Assembly (NCBI GenBank): GCA_039811685.1
Contig: JBDHZC010000001.1
Span: 896,001 to 960,000 of the forward strand
Direction: 5' to 3'
Length of the DNA stretch: 64,000 nucleotides
Origin: Armatimonadota bacterium
GTDB taxonomy: Bacteria; Armatimonadota; UBA5829; DSUL01
The notes beneath the pieces were generated by a model. That model worked only from the letters and a program-made list of their open reading frames with translations. It did no database searches and was not told where the DNA came from. Within the stretch, counting starts at the first letter, position 1; each line of letters begins with the position of its first letter. The position numbers and the translations under genes are program-made. Below are positions 55,530 through 64,000 of this stretch, one piece after another.

Positions 55530-57531
55530 GATGGAAGCTGAGTGCGCGACCGTCCGGCCAGGATTCGTGAATCAGGCGTCGTAACCGGGCTTTCAGTCCT
55601 ACAGCGCTGTTTTGCCTATCATTCTCCAGGAGATACTGGCGGTAGGTCAACTCGGAAGAAGCGCGTACCTCAATGAGCGCATAGCGATATCTCTGAAGTG
55701 AACGCGGGAGGGGAAAGGTCGCGGTAAAGCGCCCTCCAGAGACGTCTTTTTCACCGAGAGGTACACCCATAGACGTGACCTGGAGAGTGAGAGGTCTGGA
55801 CGAACCGGCTGGAGTTGCGCCCGAAATGGACACGGACTTGTCCGCGCTATCTATCGGCAGCCAGACGCTTGCCTGAGGGCCGGCCCAACCATCGGCAGGG
55901 AAGACTCCACCTACTATCTGGGCGGGGTTGGCAGGCTCTTCCAGAAAACTCAGCTTCGGTTGGAATCGGCTCAACGATTCTCTTTTCAGAAGAAACTCAT
56001 ACATTTTTCTGAAATCCTGAGAAGGGACGTATTCAAACGTCCGGTATCCCCCGAAGTCGTCTACCTCCGCACCACAGAACTTGCGCTCCTGGACCCAGGA
56101 ATTCGGCGAGGACTCCATCTGTGTGGGCGTCACAATCAGGCGCACAGACTTCTCTGGGTGAGGAAGTCTGTCCAAACGCTGCCTGGTGGACGGCTGAAAG
56201 GCGTCTACAAAGCGCCGCTGCGCGAGGAAGGAGATTTCCGGCGCCTGTAGCCAATCCCAGTACCCAATGACGCCGCCTGAATCCACAAAGGAGCGCGCGC
56301 TTGCGGCAGCCTGCTTCTGGTAAGCTAACTCAGGACTCGCTACCTGACTGAAAACAGAGGCGATCTGACGCACAATGAGCAACGCCAACAGAACAGCGCC
56401 GCCCCACGCACAAAACGCTGCAAGTAAGGTTCTCAATCCAGAGTAAACGCCGATGCGCACTGCACAGAATAAGCTGTAGGCAATGAGAGGGCAGAAGAGA
56501 AGAGCGGCTGGCAATGTGTGACGCCACCATCCCTGGTTAGGTGTAAACAGCCACCAGGCAAAGTTGACTCCGCAGAAAACGATCAGAAATATCTCTGCAA
56601 GCCTCCATGAGTCCCCTTTCACCGCTTTCACCAGACGAGGCAGGCGCGCCATATGGTGCAGGAAGACTATGGCTGCGAGAAAGACGACTATCACGCCTGG
56701 CACCCCAAAGGCGCTTTGAAGCGCGTGGAGGCGATGCTGAAAACCGGACGAGCCAGCCTCCCCTGCCCCGCTTTTCAACAGGAAGTAAAACCCGAGCTTG
56801 GTTGCCAGGTATCCGTGCAGACCCAGTGAAGCGTACTGAACAACTTCCCACCCTATCAGCGGAGCCGCAAAACCGGCAAAGGCGCGGGCATAAAACGTGA
56901 AGGGAAGCCGCACAGCGGGCCACGAGACAGCAGTTTCCAGAACTCCAAGCGCAAGCAGCGGCGCAACTGTCATAACGAGAAGGAACTTGGTCAGAGCAGC
57001 CAGGCCAAAGCACAGACCAGCAACAACCGGCCGACGCTGCGCAAGTAGAAGCAAGCCCAGTAGCAACCAGAATACACCCGGTAGCTCACCAAGCGCCTTC
57101 AAGCCAAACTCAAAGACGCCCGGCATCGCAAGCGCAAGCAGCACTGCCAGCGTCGCCTGCTTTTTTCCGTAGAGGCGCGCGCTTGTGCACCCCACCAGAG
57201 CAAACGCTCCGATAAAGTACAGAAGCATTACAAGACGTCCCTGCCAGAGGCCTGTACCAAACAGCTTGAAAGCGAGAGCAATCGGAGCCAGGACCGGCGG
57301 CCCAGTGCTGATCACAGGGTTGAAAGGAATCAGGTGATCTGCCGTTGTCGCGTACCCGGCGCCTGCCGCCAGACTTGCGGGTATCTGCAGATTGAAGCCT
57401 TCGTCAAAATCCACACAGGCGCGCGAGGCAAAAAGGACGGCCAGCAAAGCGAGGATTAACAATCCCGGCGCAGTCAGCCGCTGGAGGAGCTGGTGAAAAA
57501 CTGAAGAACCCGAGTGAGAGCTAACTGCCAT
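55465..57531 (-). CDS. ArnT/GT39-like (GT-C) membrane glycosyltransferase with C-terminal periplasmic beta-domain
   Basis: DFDEGFN loop, ISTGP, LGE.P, GLAALTK, many TM helices; C-terminal soluble domain. Confidence 0.75.
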   Translation of the reverse strand: MAVSSHSGSSVFHQLLQRLTAPGLLILALLAVLFASRACVDFDEGFNLQIPASLAAGAGYATTADHLIPFNPVISTGPPVLAPIALAFKLFGTGLWQGRLVMLLYFIGAFALVGCTSARLYGKKQATLAVLLALAMPGVFEFGLKALGELPGVFWLLLGLLLLAQRRPVVAGLCFGLAALTKFLLVMTVAPLLALGVLETAVSWPAVRLPFTFYARAFAGFAAPLIGWEVVQYASLGLHGYLATKLGFYFLLKSGAGEAGSSGFQHRLHALQSAFGVPGVIVVFLAAIVFLHHMARLPRLVKAVKGDSWRLAEIFLIVFCGVNFAWWLFTPNQGWWRHTLPAALLFCPLIAYSLFCAVRIGVYSGLRTLLAAFCAWGGAVLLALLIVRQIASVFSQVASPELAYQKQAAASARSFVDSGGVIGYWDWLQAPEISFLAQRRFVDAFQPSTRQRLDRLPHPEKSVRLIVTPTQMESSPNSWVQERKFCGAEVDDFGGYRTFEYVPSQDFRKMYEFLLKRESLSRFQPKLSFLEEPANPAQIVGGVFPADGWAGPQASVWLPIDSADKSVSISGATPAGSSRPLTLQVTSMGVPLGEKDVSGGRFTATFPLPRSLQRYRYALIEVRASSELTYRQYLLENDRQNSAVGLKARLRRLIHESWPDGRALSFHLSEIAVSSDAASPVPSKAHSP

Positions 57532-57584
57532 AGGAGTAGAGGCTCACCGGCCCAGAGCGAAAAAAACAGGGGAAAAAGAAAAAG

Positions 57585-57657
<73 letters not shown>

Positions 57658-57773
57658 ACGTCGCATCTATTTATAGCATGCATTCTGGCGTTTTTCCAGC
57701 GTTTCTTGCAGTCTTTTCACTTTGCTTCATAAGAGTTACGCACTTCATCGCCCGGCGCACTATCGCCCGCTGA

Positions 57774-60700
57774 CTACGGAGAGCTGGCAAGCCTGACGAT
57801 GGAGCGCTCGATTCGGCTGCTGATGCGAGGCTCGCCCCACGCGCCCCAGTCTGCGACGGTATTGTTTTGTGGGCCGCAATCTGACATCAAGCGCAGCGAT
57901 ACTTGTTTGCCCGCCCAGGGGGAAAGATCCGCATCCAGTGGCGTCCACCGCCGCTGCGCCCACGTCTCCTCTGCCACCTTGACAGGCGCTTTGCTCGGTT
58001 CGAGAACCCACACGGAGAATACCACACCATCTGTGTTTGCGCCGCCATCCTTTATGCCCACATAACTGTAGAAGCCCGCGTTCTCAGGCACGACGAAAGG
58101 CAAGCTGTCTCCAAATACCGCGCCCACTTTGCCGATGTAGGGTGGATGGGTGAAAATGGCACGCTTTGTTACTCCACCACTCGTTATCTGCTCCACGTTC
58201 CACTGAGCGCCACTCGCACTGTCAGATGGTGTCTGCCTGTTCTGGCGATCGACAGTGGCCCAGTTCCACGTCCAAGACGGTGACGTTAGATCAAGGTTGA
58301 TAAGGCTGCCTTTTTCGACGATGAAATTGATCTTCTTCGTCAGATCCGGACGCATGCGATCCACGACGACAAGACTTGCCGGACCTGTGACATCGCTCTG
58401 CGGGCGCACGCTCAACAGGAGCTGACCGCGCTTTTTCTCATCCGCCTGTGGACTGAGCGCAGCGGACACACCCGCTACCTGTTGCAACTCCAAATCTGTT
58501 TCCTGGCCACCGGCGTCTTCCTGGACAGTCATCTGTAGAGAACCATCTGAAAGCGTCCGGGCACTTCCAAAGACAAGCGGTAATCCTCGCTTCACGTCAA
58601 CATCAACAGCGGCTCCCGCGGCGGACAACCACGTGTGCCCCTGCGCGCCGGCCGGAACGCTGAACACTATACCAGAGTCAGAGGTGATGCTCTGGCCAGG
58701 CGCCGCCTGCAGAGAAGGTAGTGCAGGAGGCTCTGGCAGGTCTTTCCCAGGGGAAAATCTGTACGTTCGCCCACCCGGTACCGTGTCAAACCAGAGGTAG
58801 CCTGCCTGCCCTCTCCTTACAGATCGAGAACCTAGAGACCGGCCGTTCGCGTCAAGAGCTTCGACGCGACCACCTCTTGCGCCACTCTTGAAGCCGATCT
58901 CGCTGTTGCCTCCAATATCCATCAGAGTGTCACCCGTGAGAACGACTGCGCCCGAACACGCCAGCGAACCCACTCTCTGCATAGTTCCGCGACTGTCCAG
59001 GTACTCGTACTGCGGAGTGTGACAGTAGTCCGTCCGTTGTCCGCCGGAGAGCGCAGAGCTTTCAAACAGATCTGAGTCCGGACTCCACGCCGCCCATCCC
59101 CACGCAGGCAGAAAAATCTGCCCACGGGGCGTCTCAATCTCCCAGGGGTCATGAGATCCGTTCACGAAAAGCTGCAGGACGCCGTAATCCACACGCAACC
59201 GGGACAGAGAAAAGAAACCCTTGTCCAGGGCTTCTGAAGCGCTGGCGAAACGGCCATCACCGTCCGCGTATTCGATCTTTTTCGGCGTGACTCCCGCGTA
59301 AAGCGCGGTGACTGGCCGCAGCATATAGTAGCTGCGGCACGTACGCGAAATCCCATACTTCTCTTCGACAAGCCATCCGATGTGCCCGTAAGCCAGAGTT
59401 GCGGCAAGAAAATGGTCTATGGAGGCGTCAATGCGCTGCGGTTGATCCCATCCCGGGTCGTTGCGGAAGAACTGCGCGGTCCAGGGCACCCCAATATCCG
59501 CTTCTTTCGGATGTATCTGATACAGATCGAAGGCGACATTCAGCGGCTCCTGCGCAGGGTCAACGCCGGGGTAGCACAGCCCATAGTTGCCAGTCGCCAG
59601 CCCCGCATAGTAGCACTGATAGCTGCCTTCGGAGTGCACGATTCCGTAAACACGCTGGTCGTTCAGCAGCAATTCGCCGTAACAATAGAAAGTCTGAGCA
59701 AACGTCCCTGCACCCGGGACGCGTGCGTCGAAGTCTGTGTAGACCCACGGAGCAATCGCTGTCTGAACATCGGTGTAAGCTGCGTCGGTGTCGAACTTCT
59801 TCTGAATCTGAGGCGCCAGCAGTGCGTCAAGTTCAACGGCCCGTGACGGCTTCAGAGCGTAATTGCGCGGCCACGCAGGACGCCAGTCACCGTTCGGCTC
59901 TCTCTGGACGTAGTCTTCGTTCCAGAAAGCATTCACAGGCGCAAAGTCGGTATAGTTGGTGTAGAGACCAGCGCGCCATCCGAGCGACTTCTGATGAGCG
60001 ATGTAGTTCTCAAGGGCTTCATCCCCGCCTCTGCCAGGCGCAGCCCGGGTGCGCAACGTGAAGCTTTCTCCGTTGTCTCGCCACGTGATCTCGTGGTTGC
60101 ACTGAATGAGATTCTTGATCCCGTAGGATGCCAGCACGTCCGAGCGGTCCATCTCCTGCTGATAGTTTTGCGGCCCCCAGCTCTCCTGCCACAAATACTC
60201 ACCAGCCAGCTTGACATTCGCAGCGGGCGGGTTGTCTATGGTCGGATAGACTTCTTCGAAGGTCGGTGAAAGTGTGACGAAGAAGCGCTCGTAGAGATCG
60301 TTGCGCCTGCCGTCCGTTCTTGGAAGATAGCGCACACCCCCATTGACGCGGGCGGAAGAACCCTGAATGTCAGTTTGCGCATAGAGTGCGGACGCATTAG
60401 AGCGATACCAGTCCGCCCACACCGAGCCAAAATAGGCGCCTGCGTCAGAGCGCGCCATCAGAACGGCAGGGTTCCCGGGAGCAATAGTCAGGTAGGGAGT
60501 GAAGATAAGCTGAGGGGAACTGACGCCCTCGAAGCGCCCGAAATCCAGACCGGTCGCATCCCCACCCCTGCACACACAGTCCACTACAAGAGATTTCTGC
60601 CAGATGCGCACAGTCCACTCTACCGACGTACCTTGGATCCTGTAAGTAGCCCGAACGGTGTCACCTTCGCGCCGTGCGCTGACAAAGGCAGGGACACGCC

Positions 60701-61664
60701 CGTCTTCAAACAGGACACCAGCGCCGGAGAGCGGACGAAGCGTCTGTCCGCTTATCTGCGCGCTGACAGTGTCTGGAGGGCCTTTCGACGGCTCCCAGAA
60801 GTAGCTGACATCTGCGCTATTGCCCGATGAATAGCGAAACGTAAAGCGTCCGCCTGCTTCAGAAACGGTGCTAGTGGACGGTCCACTGAGGCTCATCGGC
60901 AGGATAGTCTGCTCTCTTGTGGGAAACGGCAGACGCCCCTGCCCGGTGTTCAGTCCCGCGCTTTGACCCTCAAACATGTCAACACCGCGCTTTGGGCGTG
61001 GCGCAAAAGAAAGAGGCTTGAGCTCTTCTTTGTAGAAAACAAGGTTGTCGAAGTAGATGGCGCGCTGCTGGGTATTGGTGACATTCCTGATGCGAAAGCC
61101 GACAAACTCACCACCCTGCAGCCGACTGCGAACATCGTCAGGAATTCGCTTGTGCACAAGCCACCACTGCATCCACCGGACATTGACGAGCGGGACTTCT
61201 ATATTCGCGCCTGCTGCGTCTTTGAACAGCAGTGAAATGTCAATGCGAGGTGTTGAAGGGTCGGGAGCGAACTCCCAGTTGTTGCCGTAAATCCACACGT
61301 TGGCGCTGTTGAAGTCAGGTGGCAGAGGAATTGGTGTGTCGCGGCGCAAAACGATCTCACTCTGTGGACCAACGCCCTGGTAAGAGAGCTTCGCGACATA
61401 CTTGCCAAATAGCTGCTGTTCTCGAGTCCGTCCGAAATCAGCCTGGGCGCCACCTGTCTCTTCGATAGTCCAGTTGAGCGGTTCCTGAAAACTCTCCTGG
61501 CCCTGGCGCTGATCGGAGTCCCGGTGCGCCCAGTCCAGTTCATATGGACGCGAACCGACAGGCCCCACGGGGTCAGAGGTTTCGTGCACCTGCTTGACCT
61601 CTGCTCCCTGCGCCATAGACACAGCCGCGAGCGCACAGATTAGAGCCCAAACAAGAAGGCGCAC
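57774..61664 (-). CDS. Large secreted multi-domain protein; putative glycoside hydrolase (GH101/GH129-like barrel) with C-terminal NPCBM-like module
   Basis: Signal peptide; N-terminal CBM-like domain (IYFDNL); central GLYTNYTD, YTDV...PW...DFD, SEG; C-terminal IFTHPP...DGVVFSV...DLSPWAGK.V.LRL..D.GP..N...DW..W.EP. Confidence 0.6.
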   Translation of the reverse strand: MRLLVWALICALAAVSMAQGAEVKQVHETSDPVGPVGSRPYELDWAHRDSDQRQGQESFQEPLNWTIEETGGAQADFGRTREQQLFGKYVAKLSYQGVGPQSEIVLRRDTPIPLPPDFNSANVWIYGNNWEFAPDPSTPRIDISLLFKDAAGANIEVPLVNVRWMQWWLVHKRIPDDVRSRLQGGEFVGFRIRNVTNTQQRAIYFDNLVFYKEELKPLSFAPRPKRGVDMFEGQSAGLNTGQGRLPFPTREQTILPMSLSGPSTSTVSEAGGRFTFRYSSGNSADVSYFWEPSKGPPDTVSAQISGQTLRPLSGAGVLFEDGRVPAFVSARREGDTVRATYRIQGTSVEWTVRIWQKSLVVDCVCRGGDATGLDFGRFEGVSSPQLIFTPYLTIAPGNPAVLMARSDAGAYFGSVWADWYRSNASALYAQTDIQGSSARVNGGVRYLPRTDGRRNDLYERFFVTLSPTFEEVYPTIDNPPAANVKLAGEYLWQESWGPQNYQQEMDRSDVLASYGIKNLIQCNHEITWRDNGESFTLRTRAAPGRGGDEALENYIAHQKSLGWRAGLYTNYTDFAPVNAFWNEDYVQREPNGDWRPAWPRNYALKPSRAVELDALLAPQIQKKFDTDAAYTDVQTAIAPWVYTDFDARVPGAGTFAQTFYCYGELLLNDQRVYGIVHSEGSYQCYYAGLATGNYGLCYPGVDPAQEPLNVAFDLYQIHPKEADIGVPWTAQFFRNDPGWDQPQRIDASIDHFLAATLAYGHIGWLVEEKYGISRTCRSYYMLRPVTALYAGVTPKKIEYADGDGRFASASEALDKGFFSLSRLRVDYGVLQLFVNGSHDPWEIETPRGQIFLPAWGWAAWSPDSDLFESSALSGGQRTDYCHTPQYEYLDSRGTMQRVGSLACSGAVVLTGDTLMDIGGNSEIGFKSGARGGRVEALDANGRSLGSRSVRRGQAGYLWFDTVPGGRTYRFSPGKDLPEPPALPSLQAAPGQSITSDSGIVFSVPAGAQGHTWLSAAGAAVDVDVKRGLPLVFGSARTLSDGSLQMTVQEDAGGQETDLELQQVAGVSAALSPQADEKKRGQLLLSVRPQSDVTGPASLVVVDRMRPDLTKKINFIVEKGSLINLDLTSPSWTWNWATVDRQNRQTPSDSASGAQWNVEQITSGGVTKRAIFTHPPYIGKVGAVFGDSLPFVVPENAGFYSYVGIKDGGANTDGVVFSVWVLEPSKAPVKVAEETWAQRRWTPLDADLSPWAGKQVSLRLMSDCGPQNNTVADWGAWGEPRISSRIERSIVRLASSP

Positions 61665-61716
61665 TAGACTAGCGGCTCCTCAGAATCAGTCTCTGCACTG
61701 ACTCTGGCCGTTGCGG

Positions 61717-62535
61717 CTAGTCCACAATGAACTCACCACCATCCACCCCGATGATATTGCCGGTAATCCAGTAGGTCTCCGGGCGCGCGAGCGCAACAAT
61801 GGCGCTGGCGACGTCTTCGGGAGTAGTCAGGCGGTTATAGGGGTTCTTGGCGGTGGCGAACTCGATCATCTGCTCACTGCTCGGGATCTTACGCAGCGCT
61901 GGAGTATCTGTTACTCCGGCTCTCAGCGAGTTGGCGGTAATGCCGTAAGGCGCAAGCTCAAGCGAAAGCTGGCGAATATGAGAGTTGAGCGCGCACTTTG
62001 CGGCTGACACAGCGCCGTAAGCTGGCCACATTCGTTCGTCTCCCGCACTCGTCATCCCGTAAATGCGTCCACCCCTGTCCAGCAGCTTTGCCCGCAACAG
62101 GTCCTGAACCCACCACACGAGACTGCTGCCCATAACATCAACAGTCATATCCATGTTGGATTTGTTAATGGCGTCTTCCGGGCGCTCGGTGATGTAGGGC
62201 TTTAGTGTGCCAAAAGCGAGCGAATGCAGAAGTACCCGCACACGCTTTCCTTCCGGCGCACCCTGGAGGAGCTCCAACATCTGGGTGACAACCTCGCCGC
62301 GTTTGTCCTCATCGGCCGCATTGACGTTGAAGAATATTGCTTTTCGTCCCGCCGCTTCGATATCCGTTTTGAGTCTGTCCACATTCTCCATGGTGGAGCG
62401 CCGATCCAGGTGCACACCGAAGATGTTCATACCGGCTTCACTGGCCAGTGCCCTGCACGCAGCCGCGCCAAAACCGCTGGATGCGCCCAGAATCAGCGCC
62501 CAAGCCCCCTCAAGGGACGAAACGTTCTGTGTCAA
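61717..62535 (-). CDS. SDR oxidoreductase, FabL-like enoyl-ACP reductase
   Basis: LILGASSGFG, YGAVSAAK (YxxxxxxK), AGVTDTPAL..IP, RLTTPEDVA, VDGG; GGAGG RBS before TTG at 62535. Confidence 0.85.
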   Translation of the reverse strand: MTQNVSSLEGAWALILGASSGFGAAACRALASEAGMNIFGVHLDRRSTMENVDRLKTDIEAAGRKAIFFNVNAADEDKRGEVVTQMLELLQGAPEGKRVRVLLHSLAFGTLKPYITERPEDAINKSNMDMTVDVMGSSLVWWVQDLLRAKLLDRGGRIYGMTSAGDERMWPAYGAVSAAKCALNSHIRQLSLELAPYGITANSLRAGVTDTPALRKIPSSEQMIEFATAKNPYNRLTTPEDVASAIVALARPETYWITGNIIGVDGGEFIVD

Positions 62536-62554
62536 CCCGAAGATACCTCCAACT

Positions 62555-62983
62555 TCACGAAACCAACCGCACAACAAACGGATATCGATAGTACTGTCCG
62601 TTGCTGGCCGCTAACCCCGCTAGAATACCGAAAACCAGATCAAGAATCAAGAGAGCGCCAAATACCAGGATCGCTGCCGGCACGACGATCAGAGATCCAA
62701 CTCCGCAGGTTACAAGAGTTAGCATCGTCCCCGCAAGTCCAAAGATGAGCGCGGCAATCAGAATTGTCAACTGAAAATTGAGCGCCTCTTTTGCCTGGTC
62801 AGCGATATAGGCGGACTGATCCTTCTCTATCAGCCAGACAATAAGCGGGCCGATAAGGCCCAGCAGTCCCCAGTTCGCCAGAAATACTGAGAGAAGAGAC
62901 CCGGACAGATGCGCGGCCACAGCCCAGTTGCGCTCCCGTGCCGACGGTCCGGCTCCACTGTGCGGCGGAAGTAGTGTTGCCAT
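62555..62983 (-). CDS. DUF4870 membrane protein
   Basis: ERNWA..AHLS, GPLIVWL..KD, QAKEALNFQ, G..YRYP. Confidence 0.9.
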   Translation of the reverse strand: MATLLPPHSGAGPSARERNWAVAAHLSGSLLSVFLANWGLLGLIGPLIVWLIEKDQSAYIADQAKEALNFQLTILIAALIFGLAGTMLTLVTCGVGSLIVVPAAILVFGALLILDLVFGILAGLAASNGQYYRYPFVVRLVS

Positions 62984-62992
62984 GGCAAAGCG

Positions 62993-64000
62993 TCAGCTTT
63001 CTACTCCATTGCTGGAGATGAGAAAGTCCTCCAGCTCCTGCACACTGGTGAAAATCCGCTCACACAGTGCCTCAAAGAACGGGCTGCGAACATGCGGGAA
63101 GTAGGCGTAGACGGGTTTGTTGTATCTGTAGGCGAAGTTCATTTCCGAAAGTACGCCCGGCGATATCTTGTCTGTCGGATACATGACAACAACGAAGTCG
63201 CTCTGGTGAATGAACTGATAGTCTCTGTCCACTGTGCGCGTCTTTATCTGGTCGATCATGCGCGAGTCGATGTCTGTGATGCTCGTCTCTTTGTCCGCCC
63301 TCTCCAACTCACGAGCCAGTCCCATGTCTTTGATGTACATTGGGTCGAAGCAGATGAAGTTCTCGCGCAGCCTGTTGACCAGTCCTCGAATACGCTCAAC
63401 TTCTTCTGAGGTCTCCTCCAGCACCGTTATGGGATAGCTCAGATAGAACTTCTTCTTGTGCCCGAAAACCAGGTCATAGACATCGGCGACTGGCTGTTCC
63501 AGCGCTACGGTGTAGAACGGTTTTCCCGAGATGTTGGCGAGCTGCTCAGTGAGGAATTCTTCCTCATCCATCCACACACCGACCTCATCGCTCTTCATCC
63601 AGCTCCACTGCGGATTGTTCTTGAAGCGCTCTATAACGTCCTGTATGTTGTCCACAACATTCAGAAATATATCAGCCGGAAACTCCAGAACTTCCCTGTA
63701 AGACATGCCCTCCATCAGGACGCCGCGCCATCGAAAACACGCGTGAATGCCAACCATCGAATGCTGTGTCTTTTGCGCCTCAAGGGAAATCTTGTAGAAG
63801 GCTGTGCGCCGCGCTAAAGACAGCACTGTAGCATCGGAATCCAGCACCTTGAGATCTGTGAAGTTGATCCCGGACTCTCGGGCGGTCTGCTTCATGACGT
63901 TTCCGATATCGAAAAAGCTGATATCGGCCTTCTTTTCGCGGCAGAGATTTTCAAACTCCGCCATGAACTCCTTGCGTCCCGAGTTAGAAATTCCGGTGAC
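62993..64000 (-). CDS. Partial (5'-truncated) fusion of an archaeal-adenylate-kinase-like P-loop domain and a nucleoside 2-deoxyribosyltransferase-like domain
   Basis: Frame is open to the window edge (VTGISNSGRKEF P-loop); H..F motif; C-terminal FYLSYPIT, RDYQFIHQSD.VVV, SPGVLSEM.FA...KPV. Confidence 0.7.
   Translation of the reverse strand, partial: VTGISNSGRKEFMAEFENLCREKKADISFFDIGNVMKQTARESGINFTDLKVLDSDATVLSLARRTAFYKISLEAQKTQHSMVGIHACFRWRGVLMEGMSYREVLEFPADIFLNVVDNIQDVIERFKNNPQWSWMKSDEVGVWMDEEEFLTEQLANISGKPFYTVALEQPVADVYDLVFGHKKKFYLSYPITVLEETSEEVERIRGLVNRLRENFICFDPMYIKDMGLARELERADKETSITDIDSRMIDQIKTRTVDRDYQFIHQSDFVVVMYPTDKISPGVLSEMNFAYRYNKPVYAYFPHVRSPFFEALCERIFTSVQELEDFLISSNGVES

Overview
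A gene-dense, GC-rich bacterial chromosomal window with about 50 CDSs and one tRNA-Ala(GGC). I found no CRISPR array, integrase, transposase or phage genes. The organism is probably a diderm (kdsC/kdsD, wzm/wzt, a BamC-like lipoprotein); the protein architectures suggest Armatimonadota, but that is my inference. Main content: mgtE with a structured leader; a split comEC; a kdsD-kdsC-phosphoesterase-GT-C-GT2 operon behind a perfect sigma70 promoter; a glycan/rhamnose catabolic cluster; a long minus-strand housekeeping run (serA, iscS, wzm/wzt, aroQ, Xaa-Pro peptidase); a quinol-dependent NO reductase; rhaA; and several large secreted enzymes. The strongest leads are: (1) a shared ~190-aa C-terminal domain on two unrelated secreted enzymes, a candidate lineage-specific secretion or surface-sorting signal; (2) an overlapping operon of three apparently exported proteins (transpeptidase-only PBP, SpoIID and a signal-peptide-bearing AMMECR1 domain); (3) an NMP-kinase/nucleoside-deoxyribosyltransferase fusion; (4) a structured leader with a uORF upstream of mgtE; (5) a Trm112-AroQ fusion. 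All family calls come from reading motifs by eye; no database searches were run.
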